A program made the translations under genes and the position numbers. The notes beneath the pieces were generated by a model. The model was given only the letters and a program-made list of their open reading frames with translations. It searched no databases and was not told where the DNA came from. 64,000 bases of DNA from Ruminococcus sp. (lineage in GTDB: Bacteria > Bacillota > Clostridia > Oscillospirales > Acutalibacteraceae), in the NCBI GenBank assembly GCA_004555265.1, contig SFIQ01000017.1, positions 11,431 to 75,430 on the forward strand, written 5' to 3'. This document shows, piece by piece, positions 1 to 9,275 of the stretch; the stretch's first letter is position 1; each line of letters opens with the position of its first letter.

Positions 1-681
1 ACCCCGCCGCACTTGCAAAAAGATGGCGACGAAAAAACCTTGCCCGACACGGTGCTCATTGACATCGGACTTCCGGCAGACGAGGCGCAAACGGCAGTTT
101 CCGCGGGTGACCGCGTTTCCTTACGCCACGCGTTTACGGAACTGCTGAACGAATGTGTCAGCGCGCCCGCACTCGACGACCGCGCAGGGATTGCGGTGTT
201 GTATCTTGCGCTGGAACACTTAAAAATGATGGGCTGTGCCGATACGGTTACGGTTGTTTGTTCGACACGCGAGGAAACCACCGAGGGCGGCGCGAAAGCC
301 GCGGCATTCCATGCAAATGCGGATTTGTGCATTGCGGTCGATGTCAGTTTTGCGAAAACACCCGATGCGAAGCCGGAGGATTGCGGCGAACTTTTGAAAG
401 GCCCTATGATTGGCATTGCGCCGTCTTTGACGCACAGCGTCAGCGAGGGTCTGCGGCAAATGGCCGTCGAACAGCAAATTCCCTATCAACTTGAAGTGAT
501 GGGCGGCGGGAGCGGCACCAACGCCGATGTGATTGCCGCCGAAGCGGGCGGCGTAAAAACGGGGCTTTTGTCCGTACCGCTTCGCTATATGCATACAGGC
601 ATTGAAGTCGTGTCCGTCAAAGATGTGGAAAATACGGCGCAACTTTTGGCAAATTATATTTTATACGGAGGGCTGTCATGA
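1..681 (+). CDS. M42-family metallopeptidase, C-terminal ~225 aa (5' end lies outside the window)
   Basis: Frame 1 is open from base 1. It has an LDDRAG motif and its tail aligns with the downstream full-length paralog. The stop overlaps the next start (ATGA at 678-681). Confidence 0.8.
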   Translation, partial: TPPHLQKDGDEKTLPDTVLIDIGLPADEAQTAVSAGDRVSLRHAFTELLNECVSAPALDDRAGIAVLYLALEHLKMMGCADTVTVVCSTREETTEGGAKAAAFHANADLCIAVDVSFAKTPDAKPEDCGELLKGPMIGIAPSLTHSVSEGLRQMAVEQQIPYQLEVMGGGSGTNADVIAAEAGGVKTGLLSVPLRYMHTGIEVVSVKDVENTAQLLANYILYGGLS

Positions 682-1700
682 TGTTAAAAACGCTGTGCGA
701 ATTAAACGGCACCTCCGGCAGAGAGGACGCGGTGCGGGACTATATCCTTGCCGCGCTTCCCGAAAACACAACTTACAAAATCGATGCGCTCGGCAACTTG
801 CTTGTCGAGAAAAAAGGCGCGGCGCGCCCCAAAAATAAAGTCGCCTTGTTCGCCCATATGGACGAAGTCGGCTTTATCATCACTTACATTACCGATGACG
901 GCTTTTTGAAATTCGCCCCTGTCGGCGGCGTGGATGCGCGCGCCATATTCGGCAAGGCGGTTACGGTCGGCGCGCGGGAAATCCCCGGCGTGGTCGGCGG
1001 CAAAGCCGTGCATCAACTCTCGAAAGACGAAAAGGGCAGTGTGCCCGAAGTTGAAACTATGGTGATTGACATCGGCGCGCAGACAAAGGCAGAAGCAGAG
1101 TCGCTTGTTTCTCTCGGCGATGTCGCGTATTTTCACTCGGATTATGTGGAATTCGGCGACGGCTTCGTAAAAGCCAAGGCGATTGATGACCGCGCGGGTG
1201 TGCAAATACTGCTCGATATGCTCAAAACGGATTTGCCGTATGATATGACCTTTTGCTTTACCGTGCAGGAGGAAATCGGCACGCGCGGCGCGACGGCGGC
1301 AACCTTTACGGTGCGCCCCGATTATGCATTGGTGATTGAAAGCACCACGGCGGCGGATTTGCCCGAGGCTTCGGGATATAAACAGGTCTGCAAAGTCGGC
1401 GGCGGTGCCGTGGTCAGTTTTATGGATCGCGGTACGGTGTATGACAAGCAACTGTATACTTTTGCGCGTGCGCTCGCCGCAGAAAAGCAAATTCCCTGCC
1501 AAACCAAAACGATGATTGCGGGCGGCAATGACGCGGCGGCAATCCACAAAACGGCAGGCGGTGTGAAGACCTTGGCAGTTTCCGTGCCGTGCCGTTATAT
1601 TCATTCGGGCGCGTGTGTGGCGAAGCAAGACGACATACAAAGCGTTGCCGATTTGACAAAAGCACTGGCGGAGGCACTTTGCAATGCTGAAAGTGATTGA
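678..1700 (+). CDS. M42-family aminopeptidase (FrvX/YsdC-like), second tandem paralog
   Basis: 340 aa with the FAHMDEVGF, IDDRAGV and QEEIGTRGA motifs typical of M42 peptidases. Confidence 0.85.
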   Translation: MMLKTLCELNGTSGREDAVRDYILAALPENTTYKIDALGNLLVEKKGAARPKNKVALFAHMDEVGFIITYITDDGFLKFAPVGGVDARAIFGKAVTVGAREIPGVVGGKAVHQLSKDEKGSVPEVETMVIDIGAQTKAEAESLVSLGDVAYFHSDYVEFGDGFVKAKAIDDRAGVQILLDMLKTDLPYDMTFCFTVQEEIGTRGATAATFTVRPDYALVIESTTAADLPEASGYKQVCKVGGGAVVSFMDRGTVYDKQLYTFARALAAEKQIPCQTKTMIAGGNDAAAIHKTAGGVKTLAVSVPCRYIHSGACVAKQDDIQSVADLTKALAEALCNAESD

Positions 1701-2487
1701 AAATTTGTCGGCGGATACGGCGAAACAGCTTTTTTCCGTTTTGCCCGATACGCTTTGCACCGCATTTGCTTTGTTTTCGCTGTTAGATGTGCACCGTGTG
1801 GACGGCGCGTGGGTGCAGACCGAGGGCGACAGCGTAACGGCGCTGGTGGTGTCCGAGGGGCAGACCAAAGCTTATGTCACGGCGTCGGAGAATGCCGATT
1901 TTGAAGAACTGCAATATTTTTTGCGCACGCTCGGCGGCGTGGTGGTGCATTGCGCGCCCGAGCAAGCCGAAAGGCTCGGCGTTACGCCGTTCTCGAAAAA
2001 AAGTTTGATGGAACTTTGCACCTTGCCCGACGGCGGCAAACAGGCAAAAACCGTAAACGACAATCTGCGCCCGATTTATGATTTGCTGGTGCAGGCGGCA
2101 TCGACTGCGGTCGGCACGGCGAGCAGTACCGCAGATTTTCAAAAATACAATGACCGCGCGTATAAAGAATGGCTCTCCAAAACCGCGCGCGGGATTTTCG
2201 GCGGCTACACGGTGGTCAAAGCGGTGTATGTCGGTGAAAATGCTTTGCTTGCGGCGGGCGTTGCCGATGTTTTGGGGGACTATGTGTATATCCGCGATGT
2301 CGTGACCGATAAAGACTACCGCCAAATGGGGTACGGGACGGATTGTGTGCGCGGGCTTTGCGCCGATTTAAAAACCGATACAAACCGCATTTTTTTATTG
2401 TGCGGGGACTTAAAAACCGAACGGTTTTATCAAAAATCCGGCTTTGTGCGAAAGGGCTATATTCAACAGGGAATTGTAGAATTATGA
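1684..2487 (+). CDS. GNAT-like acetyltransferase-domain protein, function unknown
   Basis: 267 aa. The C-terminal half has a GNAT-like core (YRQMGYGTDCVRGLCADL, FYQKSGF). It overlaps the upstream gene by 17 nt and the downstream gene through an ATGA. Confidence 0.5.
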   Translation: MLKVIENLSADTAKQLFSVLPDTLCTAFALFSLLDVHRVDGAWVQTEGDSVTALVVSEGQTKAYVTASENADFEELQYFLRTLGGVVVHCAPEQAERLGVTPFSKKSLMELCTLPDGGKQAKTVNDNLRPIYDLLVQAASTAVGTASSTADFQKYNDRAYKEWLSKTARGIFGGYTVVKAVYVGENALLAAGVADVLGDYVYIRDVVTDKDYRQMGYGTDCVRGLCADLKTDTNRIFLLCGDLKTERFYQKSGFVRKGYIQQGIVEL

Positions 2488-3761
2488 GCGAATTTTTTGA
2501 ACTTTCCGAGACAATCAAAACCGCGTCGGCGGCGGCAATGGAAAACGCCGCACCGCAGTTTGCAAAAATTGACGCGCTGACAGAGCACAATCAGCAAAAG
2601 GTGCTGTCGGCATTTATTCAAAACCGCGTGGACGAAACCGATTTCAACTCCACCACGGGCTACGGCTATAACGACAAGGGCAGAGAGAAATTAGACCGCT
2701 TAACGGCGGATATTTTCGGTGCCGAGGCGGCGTTTATCCGCGCAGGGGCACTCTCTTGCGGGACACATACGCTGTCGGTTTGCCTGTACGGCGTTCTGCG
2801 TCCGGGCGATGTGCTTTTGAGCGTGACGGGCTTGCCGTATGACACCATTCATTCCACGATAGGGCTTGACGGCGACAAAAGCGCGGGTAAGGGCACGCTT
2901 CGCGATTTCGGCATCACCTATAAACAGGTGGATTTGACCGAACAGGACGAATTGGATTATGACAGAATAGAAGCCGCCGCGGCAGAAAACGCTGTGCGAA
3001 TGGTCTACATACAGCGCTCGCGCGGGTATTCCCTGCGGCATACGATTTCGGTTGCGGAAATCGAACGCGTGTGTTCGATTGTGCACCGTGTTAATCCGCG
3101 CGCGGTGGTGATGGTCGATAACTGCTACGGCGAATTTACCGAGAAACAAGAGCCGACCGAAGTGGGCGCGGACTTGATGGCAGGGTCGCTTATCAAAAAT
3201 GCAGGCGGCGGGATTGCCGCGTCGGGCGGCTACATTGCAGGGCGTGCCGATTTGGTCGAACTTTGCGCCTGCCGTTTAAACACCCCCGGTTTGGGGTTGG
3301 AGGTCGGCGCCACCTTGGGGCAAAATCGCAGTTTGTTTATGGGGCTGTTCCATGCGCCGCATGTGGTGGGCGAGGCACTCAAAACCGCGGTATTCGCCGC
3401 GTCTCTGTTTACGGAACTCGGCTTCGCGGTGACGCCGAAGCCCGACGAAGACCGCCACGATATTATTCAGGCGATTTGTTTGGAAACCCCCGAACGGCTG
3501 ATTGCGTTTTGCCAAGGTCTGCAAAAGGGTGCGCCTGTGGATTCGTTTGTCACGCCCGAGCCGTGGGATATGCCCGGCTACGACAGCCAAGTCATTATGG
3601 CGGCGGGTGCGTTTACCTCCGGCTCGTCGATTGAACTGTCGGGCGATGCACCTTTGCGTGCGCCGTTCGCGGTTTGGATGCAAGGCGGCTTGAATTTCCA
3701 CACCAGCAAGGTCGGCGTATTGCTCGCCGCCGAGGAACTTGCAAAACGCGGGTTACTGTAA
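2484..3761 (+). CDS. PLP-dependent methionine gamma-lyase-family protein (YnbB / aluminium-resistance family)
   Basis: I chose the internal ATG at 2484 (MSEFFELSE...), which forms an ATGA overlap with the upstream stop. 425 aa with the TGYGYNDKGREKLD motif I associate with this family. Confidence 0.7.
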   Translation: MSEFFELSETIKTASAAAMENAAPQFAKIDALTEHNQQKVLSAFIQNRVDETDFNSTTGYGYNDKGREKLDRLTADIFGAEAAFIRAGALSCGTHTLSVCLYGVLRPGDVLLSVTGLPYDTIHSTIGLDGDKSAGKGTLRDFGITYKQVDLTEQDELDYDRIEAAAAENAVRMVYIQRSRGYSLRHTISVAEIERVCSIVHRVNPRAVVMVDNCYGEFTEKQEPTEVGADLMAGSLIKNAGGGIAASGGYIAGRADLVELCACRLNTPGLGLEVGATLGQNRSLFMGLFHAPHVVGEALKTAVFAASLFTELGFAVTPKPDEDRHDIIQAICLETPERLIAFCQGLQKGAPVDSFVTPEPWDMPGYDSQVIMAAGAFTSGSSIELSGDAPLRAPFAVWMQGGLNFHTSKVGVLLAAEELAKRGLL

Positions 3762-3778
3762 AATATTTATATCGCATT

Positions 3779-3950
3779 GTCATCCTGCGCGACAGCGAAG
3801 GATCTCACACAGCACAACAAAAACAAGCGTCGGGCGGGGGCTTGCTCCCGCCGTGTAAGCTTGTCATTCCGAGCCGCAGGCGAAGAATTGTCTACCACGA
3901 AAAGTGAATTGGATAAAGCAATTTTGTAGGGGCGATTCACGAATCGCCCG
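3779..3950. repeat. Repeat island A: GTCATCC..GGATCTC unit, GC hairpin, GTCATTCC..GAAGAAT unit, GTAG-hairpin (GGGCGATTCACGAATCGCCC)
   Basis: Every unit recurs elsewhere in the window (for example 18314-18399 and 8158-8183). The region is non-coding and lies between two CDSs. Confidence 0.85.
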
Positions 3951-4038
3951 AGCAATTCCGGTTTTCACACAAATGAATGGTAACGCACAATCTCGTCGGG
4001 ACGGGCTTCTGTGTCCGCCTATGCATGAGGAGAACTGT

Positions 4039-4563
4039 ATGTATACCGTCCGTACATTGAAAATACGCGAACTGCCACTGCTTCTGCGCCTATTTGACTA
4101 CAATAAACCCGTGCAGATGCTCGCCGAAAATACCCGCGGCATAAAAAACAGGAAAATAGATATTTTCGGATTGTTCCGTGACGGAAAGTTAATCGGTGAA
4201 TTGCATGTTAAGTACGAAAGTGCAGACAGCAGGGAAGCTGCACGCGGTACGCGTGCCTATTTGTTTGCATTTCGAATAGAAAAAAATTTTAGAGACAAAG
4301 GTTTCGGAAGGCTTCTTTTAAACCGCGTCATCGAACAGCTTGCCGCCGCAGGCTATACGGAATTTACTGTCGGCGTAGAAACGGATAACGCAATCGCAAA
4401 GCATATTTATGAAATGTTCGGGTTTACGGAATGTATCGCGCAAAAAGAAGAAAGCTATCAGGGCGACACATATGTATATACCCTACTGTTAAAAAAGACA
4501 CGCAGGGAACGACCGGAAATGTGTTCCGCAGAGTTTCAGCAGAATTTGGCGGGCGATTCGTGA
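4039..4563 (+). CDS. GNAT family N-acetyltransferase
   Basis: Start is the ATG at 4039, preceded by GAGGAG (the ORF-track start at 3904 lies inside repeats). It has a GNAT core (FRIEKNFRDKGFGRLLLNRVIEQL...MFGF). The last ~20 codons are repeat-derived. Confidence 0.75.
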   Translation: MYTVRTLKIRELPLLLRLFDYNKPVQMLAENTRGIKNRKIDIFGLFRDGKLIGELHVKYESADSREAARGTRAYLFAFRIEKNFRDKGFGRLLLNRVIEQLAAAGYTEFTVGVETDNAIAKHIYEMFGFTECIAQKEESYQGDTYVYTLLLKKTRRERPEMCSAEFQQNLAGDS

Positions 4564-4621
4564 ATCGCCCCTACCGAGGTTCTTGCAAGCTTGTCATTCT
4601 GAGCCGCAGGCGTAGAATCTC
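4505..4621. repeat. Repeat island B: reversed hairpin doublet ending in GGGCGATTCGTGAATCGCCCCTAC, plus a GTCATTCTGAGCCGCAGGCGTAGAATCTC unit
   Basis: The units match those at 38921-38993 and 18314-18343. Confidence 0.8.
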
Positions 4622-4659
4622 ACGCGGCACAAAAGAATTGGGAATCATAGGAGGTCTTT

Positions 4660-6195
4660 ATGCAACTTTTACATTTAAAAAGCGGCACCGACGTGCGTGG
4701 CACGGCGGTGAACCCCGAAAACCCCGAAAAAATCGACTTGACCGACGAAGCGGTTCGCCGCATTACGGGCGCATTTGTGCGATTTTTAGAAGTGCAGACC
4801 GCAAAACAGGCGGGCGACATAAAACTGTCCGTCGGACACGATTCGCGTGTGTCGGCAGAGCGGATCAAAGCAGCCGTCTTAAAAGAACTGACCGCGTGCG
4901 GTGTGCAAATTCTCGATTGCGCGCTGTGCTCGACGCCGGCAATGTTTATGACCACGCAGACCGAAGGCTGTGACGGCGCGGTGCAGATTACCGCGAGCCA
5001 CCACCCGTGGGACAGAAACGGGTTGAAATTCTTTACCCGCGCGGGCGGGCTTTCGGGCAAAGAATTGGAACGCATTTTAGAGGATGCCGAAACTGCGCCC
5101 CCGCACACGGGCGAAGAAATCCGAGCCGAAAAAATCGACTATCTTTCTAAATATTGCGAACAGTTAAAAGATTTGATACGCAAGGGCGTAAACAGCCCCG
5201 AAAATTTTGACAAACCGCTGACGGGGCTTAAAATCGTGGTCGACGCGGGCAACGGCGTCGGCGGATTTTACGCCGAAAAGGTGCTGTCTCCTTTGGGAGC
5301 GGATACGGCGGGCAGCCGCTATTTAGACCCCGACGGCACCTTCCCCAATCATGTGCCGAATCCCGAAAACGCGGCGGCAATGGCGAGTATCCGCGAGGCG
5401 ACGCTCTCGTCCGGCGCAGACCTCGGCGTGATTTTTGACACCGATGTGGACCGCGGCGGCGCGGTGACGGCAGACGGCGAGGAACTCAACCGCAACCGTT
5501 TGGTTGCCGTGGCGGCGGCGATTGCGCTCGAAGATACCCCCGGCGGCGCGGTGGTGACCGACTCCGTGACCTCTGCGGGGCTTACGAAATTCATCAACGC
5601 GCATTTAGGCGGCAAACACATTCGCTTTAAACGCGGCTATAAAAATGTGATTGATGAAGCGGTGCGCCGCTGTGCGTTGGGCGAGGAAACGCCCTTGGCG
5701 ATTGAAACTTCGGGGCACGCGGCATTTCGTGAGAATTACTTTTTGGACGACGGCGCGTATCTCGTCACGCGCATGATTATCAAACTTTGCCTTTTGAAAC
5801 GCACGGGCGGCGATCTGGGCAGTTTGATACAGGATTTGGAAGAACCCGCCGAGGAAAAGGAAATCCGCTTAAAAATCACCGCGCCCGATTTTAAAGCCTA
5901 CGGCGGCGAAATGATTGCCCTTGTGAACGATGCCGCGAAAAAAGCGGACGGTGTGCGCATCGCCGACGACAGTTATGAGGGCACGAAAATCATCTTCGAC
6001 GCACCCGACATAAACGGCTTTTTCATCTTCCGTTTGAGTGTGCATGACCCGATTATCCCCGTCAATTTCGAGGCGGCGGTTTCGGGCGGCGTCTCGAAAA
6101 TGGCAAAAGTGCTTTCCGCTTGGCTTGCAGAGACAAAAGGGTTAGACTTAACGCCATTTACACAATTTTCAGACGAATTTAAAAAAGGATATTGA
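4660..6195 (+). CDS. Phosphoglucomutase/phosphomannomutase-family enzyme (alpha-D-phosphohexomutase)
   Basis: 511 aa with the active-site TASHHPWDRNG motif and the metal-binding FDTDVDRGG motif. AGGAGG RBS. Confidence 0.85.
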   Translation: MQLLHLKSGTDVRGTAVNPENPEKIDLTDEAVRRITGAFVRFLEVQTAKQAGDIKLSVGHDSRVSAERIKAAVLKELTACGVQILDCALCSTPAMFMTTQTEGCDGAVQITASHHPWDRNGLKFFTRAGGLSGKELERILEDAETAPPHTGEEIRAEKIDYLSKYCEQLKDLIRKGVNSPENFDKPLTGLKIVVDAGNGVGGFYAEKVLSPLGADTAGSRYLDPDGTFPNHVPNPENAAAMASIREATLSSGADLGVIFDTDVDRGGAVTADGEELNRNRLVAVAAAIALEDTPGGAVVTDSVTSAGLTKFINAHLGGKHIRFKRGYKNVIDEAVRRCALGEETPLAIETSGHAAFRENYFLDDGAYLVTRMIIKLCLLKRTGGDLGSLIQDLEEPAEEKEIRLKITAPDFKAYGGEMIALVNDAAKKADGVRIADDSYEGTKIIFDAPDINGFFIFRLSVHDPIIPVNFEAAVSGGVSKMAKVLSAWLAETKGLDLTPFTQFSDEFKKGY

Positions 6196-6219
6196 CAAAG
6201 CGCAAGATTTCCATAAAAT
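6192..6219 (+). promoter_or_regulatory. Putative sigma-70 promoter for acpP (TTGACA-16 nt-TAAAAT)
   Basis: TTGACA at 6192-6197 and TAAAAT at 6214-6219, about 45 nt upstream of the acpP ATG. Confidence 0.5.
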
Positions 6220-6263
6220 GAGTATATACAACTACAACGCGATCACACTTGGAGGTGTGCAGA

Positions 6264-6488
6264 ATGATTTTTGAGAAAGTCAGAAAAATTATTTGCGACC
6301 AATTTGATTTGGAAGAGGACGACGTCACGCCGGAAACCCTCTTGGAGGACGATTTGGAGGCGGACAGCCTCGATTTGGTCGATTTGGTGATGTCGTTTGA
6401 GGACGAATTCCAAATTGAAGTGCCCGACGAAGATGTGGAAAACATTAAAACTGTCGGCGATATTGTAAAATACATCGAGGAGCATTAA
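6264..6488 (+). CDS. acpP: Acyl carrier protein
   Basis: 74 aa from the ATG at 6264 (GGAGG 8 nt upstream). It has the DSLDLVDL phosphopantetheine-attachment motif. Confidence 0.85.
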   Translation: MIFEKVRKIICDQFDLEEDDVTPETLLEDDLEADSLDLVDLVMSFEDEFQIEVPDEDVENIKTVGDIVKYIEEH

Positions 6489-6523
6489 GGCATTTTCGCC
6501 CTCGATTGAAAAGGACAGTAAAC

Positions 6524-7960
6524 ATGGCTGAACAAAAGAAAATGGTAGAAGAAATCACCTCAATGGAGGAGGATTTCGCAAAATGGTATACCGATGTCTG
6601 CCGCAAAGCGGAACTGATTGCGTATACCAGCGTCAAAGGCTGTATGGTCATTCGCCCCTACGGCTATGCAATTTGGGAGAATATCCAAAAAGAACTCGAC
6701 AAGCGCTTTAAGGCGCTGGGGCATGAAAATGTCTGTATGCCGATGTTTATCCCCGAAAGTTTGCTCAATAAAGAAAAAGACCATGTCGAGGGCTTTGCGC
6801 CCGAGGTGGCATGGGTGACGCATGGCGGCAACGAGAAGTTGGAGGAGCGCCTTTGCGTGCGACCGACTTCGGAAACCCTGTTCTGTGAGCATTACAAGTC
6901 GATTGTGCAATCCTACCGCGACTTGCCGAAACTCTACAACCAATGGGTTTCGGTGGTGCGTTGGGAAAAAACCACCCGCCCGTTTTTGCGCTCGCGCGAA
7001 TTCCTGTGGCAGGAGGGGCATACCATTCACGCCACCGCCGAAGAGGCGCAGGCGGAAACCGTACAGATGCTGAATGTCTATGCGGATTTTTGTGAAAATT
7101 ACCTTGCCATGCCCGTGGTCAAAGGCGTAAAAACCGAAAAGGAACGCTTCGCCGGTGCGGAGGATACCTATACGATTGAAGCGCTCATGCATGACGGCAA
7201 GGCGTTGCAAAGTGCAACTTCGCACTATTTCGGCGACGGCTTTGCTCGCGCATTTGAAATTCAGTATACCGATAAAGACAACAAACTCAAATTCCCTTTC
7301 CAAACCTCTTGGGGCTGTACCACACGGCTCATCGGCGCGGTGATTATGACGCACGGCGACAACAACGGGCTTGTTCTGCCGCCGAAAGTCGCGCCCACGC
7401 AGGTGGTCGTCATCCCGATTGCCGCGCACAAAGCGGGCGTTACGGAAAAGGCGCAGGAAGTGACAGAACGCATTGCGAAATTCTGCCGCGCGAAAATCGA
7501 CGCAAGCGACAATTCGCCCGGCTGGAAGTTCGCCGAGTACGAAATGAAAGGCGTGCCGCTGCGTTTGGAGTTGGGGCCCAAAGACATCGAGAAAAATCAG
7601 TGTGTTTTGGTGCGCCGTGACAACCGCGAAAAGGTATTTGTTTCTTTGGACGATTTGGAGACCGAAATTCCGCGTTTGTTAGACGCCGTACAGCAGGGAT
7701 TGTACGATGCCGCGCTTGCCCGCCGCGAAAAGATGACCTATACCGCCGCAACGCTTGACGAATTGAAAGATATTGCCGATCATAAACCCGGTTTTATCAA
7801 GGCAATGTGGTGCGGCAGTCGCGAATGTGAGGAAAAACTCAAAGAAGTCGCGGGCATTTCGTCGCGCTGCATTCCGTTCGAGCAGGAACAGATTGCCGAT
7901 ACCTGCGTTTGCTGCGGCAAGCCCGCAAAGCATATGCTCTATTGGGGCAAGGCGTATTAA
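6524..7960 (+). CDS. proS: Proline--tRNA ligase (short archaeal/eukaryote-like type)
   Basis: About 478 aa from MAEQKK. The class II core and C-terminal Zn-type domain ([18 protein letters not shown]) are typical of this ProRS type. Confidence 0.9.
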   Translation: MAEQKKMVEEITSMEEDFAKWYTDVCRKAELIAYTSVKGCMVIRPYGYAIWENIQKELDKRFKALGHENVCMPMFIPESLLNKEKDHVEGFAPEVAWVTHGGNEKLEERLCVRPTSETLFCEHYKSIVQSYRDLPKLYNQWVSVVRWEKTTRPFLRSREFLWQEGHTIHATAEEAQAETVQMLNVYADFCENYLAMPVVKGVKTEKERFAGAEDTYTIEALMHDGKALQSATSHYFGDGFARAFEIQYTDKDNKLKFPFQTSWGCTTRLIGAVIMTHGDNNGLVLPPKVAPTQVVVIPIAAHKAGVTEKAQEVTERIAKFCRAKIDASDNSPGWKFAEYEMKGVPLRLELGPKDIEKNQCVLVRRDNREKVFVSLDDLETEIPRLLDAVQQGLYDAALARREKMTYTAATLDELKDIADHKPGFIKAMWCGSRECEEKLKEVAGISSRCIPFEQEQIADTCVCCGKPAKHMLYWGKAY

Positions 7961-7987
7961 GAAAGCCTTTCGATTTTTGTATCTTAC

Positions 7988-8017
7988 AACAGGGTGGGAT
8001 TTCCCCACCCTGTTTTT
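7988..8017 (+). terminator. Intrinsic terminator after proS
   Basis: An 11-bp stem (AACAGGGTGGG/CCCACCCTGTT) with a 5-nt loop, followed by a T-run. Confidence 0.7.
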
Positions 8018-8059
8018 GTGTGTAGTATGTAATAAATTGGGGGTTGTAGTGATAATTTT

Positions 8060-8945
8060 ATGCGGTAGGGCGGGGTGATTCCCCTGATAGGGGAAATGTC
8101 TGCGAAGCAGACAAAAGGGTGCCCGAATTCGGAGAATTTTGCTCCCGCCGCCCCGTTGTAGGGGCGATTCACGAATCGCCCGCCGATTTTGATATGATTT
8201 TGGGGAACGCATCTTCGGTTGTTCCCTACTCGTAGGGGCGAACTGTGTTCGCCCGCGTAATTTGATATAATTTTACGGAACGGTCAAGACCGTTCCCTAC
8301 ACGCACGAAATAAAATTTTCAGGGTAGGGCGGGGGCTTGCTCCCGCCGCCCCGTTGTAGGGGCGGGTTTCCACGCCCGCCCGTGAATTTTGATGTGACTT
8401 GCCCCTCCGTCACGCGCTTTGCGCGCGCCACCCGCTGACGGCGGCGGTCTCCCTCTGTCGCTTCGCGACATCTCCCTCACACTGTGAGGGAGTCGACCCC
8501 AACGGTTGTAGGGGCGATTCACGAATCGCCCGCCGTTTCCGCCCCCTCCGAGAGGGGGCTGTCAAATGCGCAGCATTTGACTGGGGGAGAGATTTTTTCA
8601 TTTCTCTCCCTCCGTCTTTTGCCTACGGCAAAAGCCACCCGCTGACGGCGGCGGTCTCCCTCTGTCGCTTCGCGACATCTCCCTCACACTGTGAGGGAGT
8701 CGACCCTCGTTAGAGGGAGGAATAACGGGGCGCCGAGTCGTCGCCCCCTACGCTCAAATTGCATTTTTATTTTTCAATCGGAACGGTCAAGACCGTTCCC
8801 TACACGCACGAAATGCATTTTACAGGGTAGGGCGGGGGCTTGCCCTCGCCGCGGAGTTTGAGGTGGATTAACGGCGGGAGCAAGCCCCCGCCCTACCTAT
8901 TATAACAGACATTTTCCCGAACAGGGGAATCACCCCGCACTACAA
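8060..8945. repeat. Repeat island C: about 0.9-kb mosaic of GTAGGG-headed GC hairpins, doublets, one reversed composite element and two identical 72-bp inserts
   Basis: I hand-counted 12 GTAGGG/CCCTAC heads. The units recur in islands E, F, G and I. The ORFs called here are translations of repeats. Confidence 0.9.
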
Positions 8946-8980
8946 TTATTCATCATTCATTCTTCATTCTTCATTTCTTC
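8931..8980. repeat. Left arm of an inverted repeat bracketing the cohesin-dockerin island (CACCCCGCACTAC-AATTATTCATCATTCATTCTTCATTCTTCAT)
   Basis: It matches the reverse complement of 18246-18292 at roughly 85% over about 45 nt (aligned by eye). Confidence 0.6.
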
Positions 8981-9275
8981 TCTGCCGCCCACAAATTGTC
9001 CTGGCGAAAACCGATTTCCACAACATGTTGGGGAAATCTCTGAAAATCGCAAAAACGGCAAAAAAACCGTTCTAAAAATCAACGAAATTGCGAAAAATGT
9101 TGAAAAATGCGGCGACGTTGTTCAAAAACCCGTCGAAAAGTTGGCGAAAACGAAAAGTTCACAATTTGTTCATAATATTTCAACAAAACTGCCAATTTTC
9201 TTTCTGCAAAATGCCCAAAAACCACAAAAATATTTGGGCAATTCATAAAAAAGAGTGGAAAACATGAATAATTTA

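Noticed and set aside
3904-4038. The ORF-track start at 3904 for the GNAT gene, and the 2343 start for the YnbB-like gene.
   Set aside because: The upstream extensions run through repeat units (3904-4038) or overlap the preceding gene out of context (2343-2483). Internal ATGs with a good SD or an ATGA junction give proteins of the expected length.
6489-6523. T-box leaders upstream of proS (6489-6523) and leuS (60346-60392).
   Set aside because: The intergenic spaces are only about 35 and 47 nt, which is far too short for a T-box. No specifier or T-box sequence is visible.
8399-8713. ORFs inside the repeat islands. Examples are 8399-8713(+), 18390-18599(-), 18694-18879(-), 38953-39276(-), 41399-41695(-), 55968-56337(+) and 58132-58887(-).
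   Set aside because: They are translations of the hairpin repeats, with recurring peptides such as GDSRIAR, NRPY, GRTQFAPT and AGVETRPYK. They lack RBSs, are duplicated wherever the DNA repeat is duplicated, and cross unit boundaries.
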